Shown: piece by piece, positions 1 to 7,557 of the stretch
Position numbering within the stretch: the first letter of the stretch is position 1
How the letters are laid out: each line of letters opens with the position of its first letter
Source of the DNA: an uncultured virus (IMG/VR IMGVR_UViG_3300025889_000100)
Taxonomy: Duplodnaviria > Heunggongvirae > Uroviricota > Caudoviricetes
Virus record (IMG/VR): IMGVR_UViG_3300025889_000100
Reading direction: 5' to 3' (one strand)
Length of the DNA stretch: 20,000 bases
Notes under the pieces: model-generated
What the model was told of the DNA's origin: nothing
The model's input: only the letters and a program-made list of their open reading frames with translations
Database searches by the model: none
Program-made: the position numbers and the translations under genes

Positions 1-2
1 GC

Positions 3-149
3 CGACCAGTTCCTGACCCGTCTGCAAATCCTGGATTTGAGCCTAATGTAGATAATTACATCGCTCAACTTGAAAATGAAATAGTTACTATTTCAACTAA
101 GTTAAACGATTTAATAGACGCTTTACAGTTGTATGGTTTAATTTTGTGA
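3..149 (+). CDS. 3' end of a gene, probably a virion fibre/structural protein (partial)
   Basis: Manual translation of frame 3 gives RPVPDPSANPGFEPNVDNYIAQLENEIVTISTKLNDLIDALQLYGLIL, ending at TGA 147-149. The C-terminal KLNDLIDALQLYGLI resembles the N-x-L-x-x-A-L-x-x-x-G-L-I ending of phage head-fibre-type proteins. Confidence 0.5.
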   Translation, partial: RPVPDPSANPGFEPNVDNYIAQLENEIVTISTKLNDLIDALQLYGLIL

Positions 150-153
150 TTAT

Positions 154-237
154 ATGAAATTATTCATATTGGCTATAATAGCCTTTGCTGTAGGTTTTCT
201 ATCTACATGGCTTGCAACAATTGATGAAAAATGGTAA
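154..237 (+). CDS. small 27-aa putative membrane protein
   Basis: Manual translation MKLFILAIIAFAVGFLSTWLATIDEKW*. One hydrophobic segment; starts 4 nt after the upstream stop, preceded by GTGAT. Confidence 0.5.
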   Translation: MKLFILAIIAFAVGFLSTWLATIDEKW

Positions 238-249
238 ATTCCAAAAGCC

Positions 250-291
250 AAAAAAAAGAGGGAAGGCGACCCAAAAGAGCCACCTTCCCTC
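250..291 (-). terminator. intrinsic-type terminator (15-bp hairpin followed by U8) ending the minus-strand block
   Basis: Minus strand reads GAGGGAAGGTGGCTC-TTTT-GGGTCGCCTTCCCTC-TTTTTTTT. The stem pairs fully with three G-U wobbles and begins at the stop codon of the last minus-strand ORF. Confidence 0.8.
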
Positions 292-433
292 AAATAGTCT
301 TAATTGACCAAATTTTCTGACATTCCCGACATTCCCACAACTTTACCTGTTCGGGAGAACCTACATAAAAACCCAATAGACGCTTCGCTAACGTCTTATT
401 GCCACAATACGGGCATTGTTGCTTCAATCCCAT
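290..433 (-). CDS. 47-aa zinc-ribbon protein (CPYC...CREC)
   Basis: Manual translation MGLKQQCPYCGNKTLAKRLLGFYVGSPEQVKLWECRECQKIWSIKTI*. The start overlaps the upstream stop (TAATG). Confidence 0.75.
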   Translation of the reverse strand: MGLKQQCPYCGNKTLAKRLLGFYVGSPEQVKLWECRECQKIWSIKTI

Positions 434-582
434 TACTGTCCATCTTCCTTGTTTCTCATCAATCTTCTCATATAATCTTCAACGCTGTCATCGGTGATAT
501 TTGTTCCACCAAATGCAGCGAAAAAGAGCAATAAGAGAACTGTTAAGAAAACAAGAAGAAAGAACCAATCCCAGCCTTCCAT
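433..582 (-). CDS. 49-aa single-pass membrane protein
   Basis: Manual translation MEGWDWFFLLVFLTVLLLLFFAAFGGTNITDDSVEDYMRRLMRNKEDGQ*. TAATG overlaps at both ends. Confidence 0.75.
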   Translation of the reverse strand: MEGWDWFFLLVFLTVLLLLFFAAFGGTNITDDSVEDYMRRLMRNKEDGQ

Positions 583-1175
583 TACCATTTCACCTCTAAT
601 TCTACAAACTTTTCTTTATCGACAGAAAATGCTTTGACAATCCCATTGTCTTGACCATATTTCCAAAGGTCATACACTAGTTGAGTATCTTTCATACAAT
701 ACTCAACGACTTCATCATATTGACCAGCCTTCCATAACTTAGGAGCATCAGCACTATCCATGAGTTTAAAATCATTCATTGTGCATTTAACTAAGTTACT
801 TAATGGGAATCTTTCACCATGTTCTTTGGTTAAGATTCTGCTAGTATCAATATATCTTTTATCTTCTAGATATTGTTTAATACAATAAATATCCATAGAG
901 TCTTTCAGAATAGGCAAATCAAATGCGGCAATATTATGTCCTAATAATACTCCACCTTTCTGAAAATGCTCATCTAAATCATACTTTAGTTCTCTTAAAG
1001 ACTTTACAATATGACCAGACTTAGCAAAAGAATCAACGGGTTCATCAACATAAACAGTTCCAGTATTTCCATCCCATGTAGCAACGGTTGATACTTGAAA
1101 CATATGCGTATTACCAAAACCGCCTATGTCATACGACATATTTTTTGTTTCGATATCAAGAGCCATTACTGACAT
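582..1175 (-). CDS. DEDD(y) RNase H-fold 3'-5' exonuclease (DnaQ/YprB-like)
   Basis: ExoI ALDIET, ExoII GHNIAAFDLP and ExoIII YCMKD motifs. Confidence 0.85.
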   Translation of the reverse strand: MSVMALDIETKNMSYDIGGFGNTHMFQVSTVATWDGNTGTVYVDEPVDSFAKSGHIVKSLRELKYDLDEHFQKGGVLLGHNIAAFDLPILKDSMDIYCIKQYLEDKRYIDTSRILTKEHGERFPLSNLVKCTMNDFKLMDSADAPKLWKAGQYDEVVEYCMKDTQLVYDLWKYGQDNGIVKAFSVDKEKFVELEVKW

Positions 1176-1180
1176 TTAAC

Positions 1181-1405
1181 TCAATCCTGCGACCAAAGTT
1201 TAGAAATCTTTTCTGTTTCTTTATCCACTTTAGGTTCTTCATCAACATCAATTCTTCGCTTTAAGAAGCAAACAATGTTACTGCCCGCTACTGTTAGCAT
1301 AGAACAACATTCCCAGCCATCAGCACCATATGTATCTAATGATTCTATAATTACTTTTGGCCCTTTTGATACTTCAAACACTAGGTATGTATTTTCCCAT
1401 TTCAT
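1181..1405 (-). CDS. small conserved protein, DUF4177-like
   Basis: Pattern MKWE...LDTYGADGWE...FLKR matches the DUF4177 consensus as recalled. Confidence 0.6.
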   Translation of the reverse strand: MKWENTYLVFEVSKGPKVIIESLDTYGADGWECCSMLTVAGSNIVCFLKRRIDVDEEPKVDKETEKISKLWSQD

Positions 1406-2904
1406 TTCTTTTCCTCTCCTTTAAATTTAATAAATACTGCTCGGCCTTGTTTTTCTATTTCAAATAGGTTTTCAATTGATTTGAAGTAGTTGTAAACACT
1501 AGCCTGACTTTTCTTGCTTTCTCTTTTCACTTCTGATAAGAAATCTTTTTTACTTATGAATCCGTCTTCATCTTTTTCCATAGCAACATAAACAGTCTTA
1601 AATGTGCTTAACATTGATTTTTCAGTAACCGAAGTTCGACGGACACGGAGGCTACGTTCAAGCCATGCGACAAGGGTTATATAACACTTTTCTGCAATCT
1701 GTCCTGCTTGTTCGACGTTTTTACCTGTAACAATGAATCTCTTATCTTTATCTCTAATGCTTCTTGCTTGAGATATAGAACATAAAACTGCCATCTTTTT
1801 AAGATTTTGATTCAGACGAGTAATAAATACATCAAGAATTTCCTTTACTTCCTTTCTTGAATCTGAAATATAGTTATCCATTTTATCATATTCATAGAGT
1901 AATCTATCTCTTGCTTCTTGAGTATAAGTCATTGTTTTCAACGGGTCGCAACCTACTTCAACAAATCTCTCTTTTACAAGATTGTAGATTTCAAATATAT
2001 TATTTGCAAATCTTTCTGTTGGTGGTTCTTCTCTTTCAGTTATTACACCAAACTGACTAATTAATTCTCTTCTAATTTTATCTTGAACGAAAGAAGGAAC
2101 ATCATGAACATACATAACCATTCTTGGTAATACACCTGTTGTAGCCATAATCTCTTGTAGGTTTCTAGGAGGATATGTCATAGCAACTACTGTTCTTTGA
2201 CAATAGCAATTAACTACTCCACCCTCTTTTAATTGTTTATTAATTACCCAAGATTCTCCAGTTAAAGAATTCATTAAGGTATTCAAATATACAATAGAAT
2301 TACCTTTGTGTTGGCTTTCCTTGAAGATACCCGAATACTCAAATTCATCCCAGTGGGCTATTCCGTTTCCTTCCAATGCCCCTGCAACTCTTTCATAATA
2401 AACATCTCCTATTTGTTCTCCATGTAATTCTGCTTCTTCATCATTTCTAATGATTTTCTTATCCATATAACCAATTAATGCAGCATCAGTATAATCAACT
2501 AAAGAGAAAACATCAAAGAAAGTATCTGCTATTTCTCCAGCATCTCTTAATTGTGGAGGATGTGTTCCTGTTTCGTTAATCTTTTTAAATACTGACTTAG
2601 TAATTGGGCCTACAAATCTCCAAAGTGTTGATTTACCTGTACCTGAAGTTTGAATCCAACACAAATGTATTCTAATATCATCAGTTAAATCACCGTCAGG
2701 TATATGCACAAAGTCTTTACATACTGCACTTAATAAATTATAATACATTAATAGTGCAGGAGTATCGTTATGCTTTGAGTAACTAGTTGCAGTATCAGCC
2801 CATGCTTTCATAATAGCAGGTAGTTCCGTTTTACTTACTGCGCCCATATCTTCTGTAAATTGCGCCCAGTAATCTTCTTCATTCATTTCATATTCATCTA
2901 TCAT
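1402..2904 (-). CDS. AAA+ ATPase, probable replicative helicase (MCM-related/DUF3987-like) with C-terminal winged helix
   Basis: Walker A TSGTGKST, Walker B AHWDEFE, putative Arg finger GVLPRM, C-terminal wHTH-like segment; located in a replication cluster near the primase. Confidence 0.7.
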   Translation of the reverse strand: MIDEYEMNEEDYWAQFTEDMGAVSKTELPAIMKAWADTATSYSKHNDTPALLMYYNLLSAVCKDFVHIPDGDLTDDIRIHLCWIQTSGTGKSTLWRFVGPITKSVFKKINETGTHPPQLRDAGEIADTFFDVFSLVDYTDAALIGYMDKKIIRNDEEAELHGEQIGDVYYERVAGALEGNGIAHWDEFEYSGIFKESQHKGNSIVYLNTLMNSLTGESWVINKQLKEGGVVNCYCQRTVVAMTYPPRNLQEIMATTGVLPRMVMYVHDVPSFVQDKIRRELISQFGVITEREEPPTERFANNIFEIYNLVKERFVEVGCDPLKTMTYTQEARDRLLYEYDKMDNYISDSRKEVKEILDVFITRLNQNLKKMAVLCSISQARSIRDKDKRFIVTGKNVEQAGQIAEKCYITLVAWLERSLRVRRTSVTEKSMLSTFKTVYVAMEKDEDGFISKKDFLSEVKRESKKSQASVYNYFKSIENLFEIEKQGRAVFIKFKGEEKK

Positions 2905-3596
2905 AGTTTCACCTTATCTTCTGAATTTAATACGTTAAGTATTCTGTCTGCTAATACTTTTCCAAACCCATCTAGTTTTTGTATGTCAAAACTAGTTTGT
3001 TCTCCTATTTCCATAACAGACCCAAAAGTATCAATTAATACCTTTGCTTTTTTATAGGATACGCCTTTGATGCTAGTTAAAATATCAAGTCTTAAATCGT
3101 CGGTGCTTATTCTCTTAAATACTTGTGGTCTTATAACTTCTCTTTCTATTGGTTGCATTTTACAAATCGCTGTAATTATCAATGACGCTTCTTCTTCGCT
3201 CTTTACCCAAAAGGGTTTTATATCCGTGTCTAATACAATTCTACCTATTGCTCCTAGAAATTTATTTGATAACATAATCTTTCTAGAAGCGATAGGTAAT
3301 TTGCTTTTACTGTGTTCAATAATATTGTATATTCCTTCTGATAAATCTCCATAGATAATTACAACATTGTTCTTGTAATGTCTATCCATATTATCTAATT
3401 GAGTCCATAATCTTTTAGACATTACAGACCCAATAAAATCTACAACAGACTTTGCTTCAAAGCATACATCAGCAAAAACATAATCTCCTATTTCTAGCCA
3501 TTTCTTTTCTGTTTGTATATTTAGAATTCTCGCTCGTTCTTCAACGAGTTTGACAATTTTAGAACCTTCTTTTTCTCTACTATCAATTATTAACAT
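2901..3596 (-). CDS. ERCC4/XPF-family structure-specific endonuclease with C-terminal HhH motifs
   Basis: IIDSRE, GDY and EAKSVVDF (ERKxxxD variant) motifs; IKGVSYKKA and LDGFGKVLA helix-hairpin-helix pair. Confidence 0.9.
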   Translation of the reverse strand: MLIIDSREKEGSKIVKLVEERARILNIQTEKKWLEIGDYVFADVCFEAKSVVDFIGSVMSKRLWTQLDNMDRHYKNNVVIIYGDLSEGIYNIIEHSKSKLPIASRKIMLSNKFLGAIGRIVLDTDIKPFWVKSEEEASLIITAICKMQPIEREVIRPQVFKRISTDDLRLDILTSIKGVSYKKAKVLIDTFGSVMEIGEQTSFDIQKLDGFGKVLADRILNVLNSEDKVKL

Positions 3597-4623
3597 TTGG
3601 AAACCTCCAACATTTACCTATACAATATCCTTCTGAAATAAGTTTATCACAAGAAGGAGTTTTGTAATTACCATGCACCGTAAAACGTGCGTGTTTTCGT
3701 GTTTGTCCTTCATCCCAGTCTAACCAGACTTCATCATTATTTTCAGCAATAGATTTAATCTCTTCAACAACCATATCTAAAACTTTATTCTTTTCTTCCA
3801 ATGAAGTGAGATTAGTTCGCAAAGTTAATAAATCCCGATACCAAGATACAAGATATGCTCTCGCTAAATGCGAAGGATTCTCCGTCATCACTGCGTTATG
3901 CAAACACGGCAACATTGGAAGTTTTCCTTCATAGAACGGAACGCTAACTTCTCCTTCAACTGCTTCAATGGGGGGTTGTTCGGGAAACTTGACCCTGCTA
4001 TTACCAACCTTTCTAAAAGGAATACTTCTTGACTTAGATGCTAACAGAATAATATCTTCAAGACTTAAACTAAGGTCATCATATAGCAAAGGAATACAGA
4101 AAAGAGAATTACCGTTCTTATCTGAAGATGACATATTAACAGTATTCGGAACTCTTCTTAAACGAGTCGTTTGCCCGACCCTATCATCTAATGTATTATC
4201 ATCTCCTACCTTTTCTTTTAAGATATTCTTGACCACTTTAAAATAAGCCTGTATATCTCGAATGTCCTGAGTTTCTTCACCATCTAAAAATAGATGAAAA
4301 CCTCTTCCAGAAAAGAATAAAGTATGCATAATATCATTCTCCATAACCCAATTCATAATTATCTTAACATCACGATATGCTTTATCGAGGTCATCATTAT
4401 GGCCGTCAAAATCTAAAAATATTCTGTTTAGAATTACAGAAGAATCAATCTGTGCTGTTTCACTAAAATGCTCAAAATCATATACAGTTGTATATACATT
4501 CATCTTATTGTTGTAGTCCTTAACGAATTTAATATAATCATTCTTCGTTAGAACTATTTTTCTTTTCATCTGTCTTGCGTTTTTCAGGTGGCTTCCCGCC
4601 CAAACTGCTCTCGGAAATTTCAT
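3583..4623 (-). CDS. archaeo-eukaryotic primase, catalytic domain fused to a PriL-like C-terminal Cys domain
   Basis: AEP motifs FLDFD, SGRGFH and RLRRVPNT. C-terminal LPC...H..R...YKTPSC...GYCIGKC resembles the PriL Fe-S domain. Confidence 0.85.
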   Translation of the reverse strand: MKFPRAVWAGSHLKNARQMKRKIVLTKNDYIKFVKDYNNKMNVYTTVYDFEHFSETAQIDSSVILNRIFLDFDGHNDDLDKAYRDVKIIMNWVMENDIMHTLFFSGRGFHLFLDGEETQDIRDIQAYFKVVKNILKEKVGDDNTLDDRVGQTTRLRRVPNTVNMSSSDKNGNSLFCIPLLYDDLSLSLEDIILLASKSRSIPFRKVGNSRVKFPEQPPIEAVEGEVSVPFYEGKLPMLPCLHNAVMTENPSHLARAYLVSWYRDLLTLRTNLTSLEEKNKVLDMVVEEIKSIAENNDEVWLDWDEGQTRKHARFTVHGNYKTPSCDKLISEGYCIGKCWRFPNVNN

Positions 4624-4909
4624 TTTTTATTCCTCCAAAATTTACTGTTGCTGTGTTCAGCATATTTTTTATTGTTCCTGCTACTTCTGCTTTAATGTGT
4701 GTAAGGCACATCTCTCTCAATATATCAGCATAGTAGTAGCCAACCATACTATCATTGATTTTTGTCTCTTTAACCATATCAAATCTTTCTATTAAATTCA
4801 TTTCAGAATAGATTTCATTTGATAGGTCTTCAATCGTTACCATGAGATTTGATATTTCATTAAATGTCCAAGGTCTTGCCTTTACTTTTAATTCAATTAC
4901 TTCTTTCAT
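4538..4909 (-). CDS. hypothetical protein
   Basis: Same-strand ORF preceded by GGAGG; 3' end overlaps the primase start by 86 nt. Confidence 0.65.
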   Translation of the reverse strand: MKEVIELKVKARPWTFNEISNLMVTIEDLSNEIYSEMNLIERFDMVKETKINDSMVGYYYADILREMCLTHIKAEVAGTIKNMLNTATVNFGGIKNEISESSLGGKPPEKRKTDEKKNSSNEE

Positions 4910-5057
4910 TTTCTTCCTCCATAGTCATTATCTTCATAATAAGAAACTCATTAAAAGACAATGGGGGTTGATAATTGAACTTTATTTTGTCATACAACTC
5001 TTTTAGTTCGGCTTTGTGATTTGTAATCTTCTCTCTTTTAACTAATATTTTTCTCAT
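4893..5057 (-). CDS. hypothetical protein (54 aa; start revised to ATG at 5057)
   Basis: MRKILVKREK... begins just after the stop of the Cas4-like gene, preceded by GGGTGTGA. The longer track ORF would overlap that gene. Confidence 0.6.
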   Translation of the reverse strand: MRKILVKREKITNHKAELKELYDKIKFNYQPPLSFNEFLIMKIMTMEEENERSN

Positions 5058-5061
5058 ATTA

Positions 5062-5967
5062 TCACACCCATGAATCTTCTTGTGCCGCATCACAAATACC
5101 AAAGTAAGAGCAATGAGCGCAAGTCTTGTAAAAGAACTTTGTAGGAAATGTATTTCTTTCATAGTGATGAATCAACTTAGCGATATTATTCATTACAGAA
5201 GTCATAGACCTTTTCTTTCTCTCTTCTGCATAAATGTAATTTGATGCTGGATAGTACCAACCCCAATGTGTTACTTTATCATTTGGGTCAAGACCATTCT
5301 TAATCATAACTTCATCGGTTGCATTCTCGATAAGTAATTCATAAAACGCCATTTCTTTTCTCATTGAAGTTGTTTTCCAATCTTTCCAAAGACCTGTTTT
5401 ATATTCAAAAGGAACAAGACCCCCATTCTCTCTAAAAATTCGGTCAATGATTCCTTGAATGTGAATTACATAATCTCTTTGAAGAGGAAACTTTGGATTG
5501 ATGTTTGCAGGGATTGTAATTTCAGCATCAAACTTTCCTTCATTACAAACTGGCAAGTATTCTTGTATCTTATCTTCTGACTTCGCTTCAATAAATCGTT
5601 GTGCTTCGAGCGATGCCACTGTTACTGAAATATCATAGTATTCATCAACAGGCATTAGTCCAGTGCAGTATTCCAAAATCTCACTATTGTTCATCTTTGA
5701 AGCCTTCTCAATATCAAAGTTATTGAAAAAGTCTTCTCTATGATTGTGTAATATTGTTCCTTTAAGCATAGCCTCCGTTTGGTCTTGAGGCATTCGCTGG
5801 ATATAAGAAAAGTCATATTTCTTCGGACACCAATCGAAAGAACCCAAAGAAGACTTCGTTATTTTCAAGATTGGTTGTGAAGGGTCATCATAATTTTCAG
5901 GCTTCCATTGGTAAGTGAACTCCCTCATCGAGGAAATCACCGCATTATATTTTTCATCGTTATTCAT
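5062..5967 (-). CDS. Cas4/AddB-like PD-(D/E)XK exonuclease with four-Cys Fe-S staple
   Basis: N-terminal WCPKKY, GTILH, GIIDRI and EYKTG motifs; C-terminal CAHCSYFGIC. Confidence 0.85.
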   Translation of the reverse strand: MNNDEKYNAVISSMREFTYQWKPENYDDPSQPILKITKSSLGSFDWCPKKYDFSYIQRMPQDQTEAMLKGTILHNHREDFFNNFDIEKASKMNNSEILEYCTGLMPVDEYYDISVTVASLEAQRFIEAKSEDKIQEYLPVCNEGKFDAEITIPANINPKFPLQRDYVIHIQGIIDRIFRENGGLVPFEYKTGLWKDWKTTSMRKEMAFYELLIENATDEVMIKNGLDPNDKVTHWGWYYPASNYIYAEERKKRSMTSVMNNIAKLIHHYERNTFPTKFFYKTCAHCSYFGICDAAQEDSWV

Positions 5968-5968
5968 T

Positions 5969-6856
5969 TTACCACCATTCGTCTAATTTCATTTGTAGTT
6001 TTCCTGTCCGTATTGAAGAAATGTCCCATTCCATTGCCTTGTAAATTGGCTTCGCTTTGTTTATCACTTCTTCTGCGTAGTGTTTGTAGTTGGGAATGTA
6101 ATCATTAAAATCTTCATACACTGTTCCCGAAACAAAATCTACTTGTCTTTTTTCTTTTGTGAGAGGGTGGGTGTAGGTATCATTAACACCCTGTACTTTC
6201 ATAAACAAGTATGAATCATCAAAAGTTTTGTCTTCTTTTTCCCAAGCATACAGAACCCCTGCGATACCTGAACCGATTGTGGGTTTCTTGTATTTAGTTG
6301 TTAAGAAGAATTTGGTTTCAGTTCCGCATTTATCACACCATTTAATCTTAAGGCATTCAGTTAAGTGGTGTTGCTTTTTGCATTCTGGACATTTAACCTC
6401 AAATCTTTCTTTACGCAAACGACTTCTCTTGATAATCTCTTTGTTTTCGATTTCACCATTGATAACATCATTGTATTTTTCATGTAAATACTTGTTGATT
6501 TCTTTCATATCTTTCTGTTCCACCCACATTCTCAATACATTTGTTTGTACTTCTTTTGCGAGTTTAGTTTCACTAACACGCTTTGCAGTAAAACCAGTCA
6601 TTGTGAATTTAGGTTCATCAAGCCAAACTCCATCCTCCCAAGATACTAAACCTGCGTTTCTATTCTTTGTTGTGCCAACACCTAATGCCGAAAAATACTT
6701 TTCAAATTCAAGAACAACAGGATGTTGTTCAAGATTTAATACATTAGGAAAGTGTTCACGAACTGAATCTTCAATCTCTTTGATTGCTGATTCAGCCTTT
6801 TCAATAGATTCAATCTGAACATAGATTGAATCCGTATGTCCATAAACTACTTTCAT
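5969..6856 (-). CDS. polB: family B DNA polymerase, C-terminal subunit (motif C, rest of palm, thumb); start revised to ATG at 6856
   Basis: Starts MKVVYGHTDSIYV after a GGTGA RBS at 6861-6865. Contains LEFEKYF, KNRNAG and GFTAKR; ends in PIP-like QMKLDEWW. Confidence 0.9.
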   Translation of the reverse strand: MKVVYGHTDSIYVQIESIEKAESAIKEIEDSVREHFPNVLNLEQHPVVLEFEKYFSALGVGTTKNRNAGLVSWEDGVWLDEPKFTMTGFTAKRVSETKLAKEVQTNVLRMWVEQKDMKEINKYLHEKYNDVINGEIENKEIIKRSRLRKERFEVKCPECKKQHHLTECLKIKWCDKCGTETKFFLTTKYKKPTIGSGIAGVLYAWEKEDKTFDDSYLFMKVQGVNDTYTHPLTKEKRQVDFVSGTVYEDFNDYIPNYKHYAEEVINKAKPIYKAMEWDISSIRTGKLQMKLDEWW

Positions 6857-6860
6857 AGTA

Positions 6861-7055
6861 TCACCATGCGTTTTCAAAATAGAGTTTGCCATCAGTATAT
6901 TGCATCAATTCCTGCTTGATTGTTTTAATGTCCTTTAATAAATCTGCAAACGTAGTATTCTCTTCATAGAGAATACCCAACTCGTTTTCAAGTCTCTTTA
7001 CTGTTTGCTTTAGATTTGCTACTTCTGCTTTTAATTCTTTAATTTCTTTACTCAT
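6861..7055 (-). CDS. small coiled-coil protein
   Basis: Heptad-like IKELKAEVANLKQTVKRLENEL; GGTGA RBS upstream; ATGA overlap with the previous ORF. Confidence 0.75.
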   Translation of the reverse strand: MSKEIKELKAEVANLKQTVKRLENELGILYEENTTFADLLKDIKTIKQELMQYTDGKLYFENAW

Positions 7056-7183
7056 ACTATCACCGTTACGATTGTTATAATGGTTATTATATTTACGATA
7101 TTTACCATCATCAATATCTTATTGCTTTTTGCTATCATAGCAAGAAGTTCTTCGAGAAGTTCATTGGTTTTGTCCATCATCAT
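7052..7183 (-). CDS. small protein with hydrophobic C-terminal anchor (about 43 aa)
   Basis: Manual translation MMMDKTNELLEELLAMIAKSNKILMMVNIVNIITIITIVTVIV*. Its stop overlaps the next ATG. The exact start among three ATGs is uncertain. Confidence 0.65.
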   Translation of the reverse strand: MMMDKTNELLEELLAMIAKSNKILMMVNIVNIITIITIVTVIV

Positions 7184-7325
7184 TCTCTTCACTTATCCTT
7201 GTAATAATAGCGTTCCTTTTTAGATTATTCATCATTTGAAATAATTCCTTTACTTCTTGTAAAGTAATATCCCATGTTTCTTCTGTATCATAAGATACTT
7301 CAACAGTTACAATTCTCTTCTTCAT
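7161..7325 (-). CDS. hypothetical protein (54 aa)
   Basis: Manual translation MKKRIVTVEVSYDTEETWDITLQEVKELFQMMNNLKRNAIITRISEENDDGQNQ*, with a GGAGG RBS upstream. Confidence 0.7.
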   Translation of the reverse strand: MKKRIVTVEVSYDTEETWDITLQEVKELFQMMNNLKRNAIITRISEENDDGQNQ

Positions 7326-7557
7326 ATAAATGCCTCCATTGTTCTTTAATTACCCAATGTCTGTTTCTTCTTGTTCCTACTGCAAAGGCATAAGGTTTCA
7401 ATAATGACGCTAAACGATTAGCCTTATAAACTGTTCCGTGTTCTTTTTCATAGAAAGAAACTATTTCTTCTAAATAGAAATTATCTGGATTTTCTATCTG
7501 TTTCAATGAATCAATTAACTTCTTTTTTATTCTGTAATTTCCTGAACTTCTTCCCAT
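7300..7557 (-). CDS. small basic protein, possibly winged-helix DNA-binding
   Basis: Starts immediately after the polB-N stop. Helical pattern followed by a short beta hairpin (AFAVGTRRNRHWVI). The fold is inferred. Confidence 0.6.
   Translation of the reverse strand: MGRSSGNYRIKKKLIDSLKQIENPDNFYLEEIVSFYEKEHGTVYKANRLASLLKPYAFAVGTRRNRHWVIKEQWRHLYEEENCNC

Noticed and set aside
304..534. Plus-strand 76-aa ORF from the track
   Set aside because: It is the antisense shadow of two coupled minus-strand ORFs (290-433 and 433-582) that have recognisable features.
4538..4623. Long same-strand overlaps (also 16870-16967) as programmed frameshifts
   Set aside because: The downstream genes have their own RBS and ATG, and the overlapping tails are low-complexity, consistent with simple stop-codon drift.
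5062..5967. CRISPR-Cas locus
   Set aside because: Only a solo Cas4-like nuclease is present; I saw no repeat-spacer array or other cas genes.
6228..6818. 196-aa plus-strand ORF, and the other plus-strand ORFs between 1857 and 19407
   Set aside because: All lie antisense to well-supported genes, show no motifs and have shadow-like composition.
6857..7557. Intron or split intein interrupting polB
   Set aside because: No intein terminal residues on either half and no evident group I/II intron features. The gap is tiled by coupled ORFs and polB-C has its own RBS and ATG.
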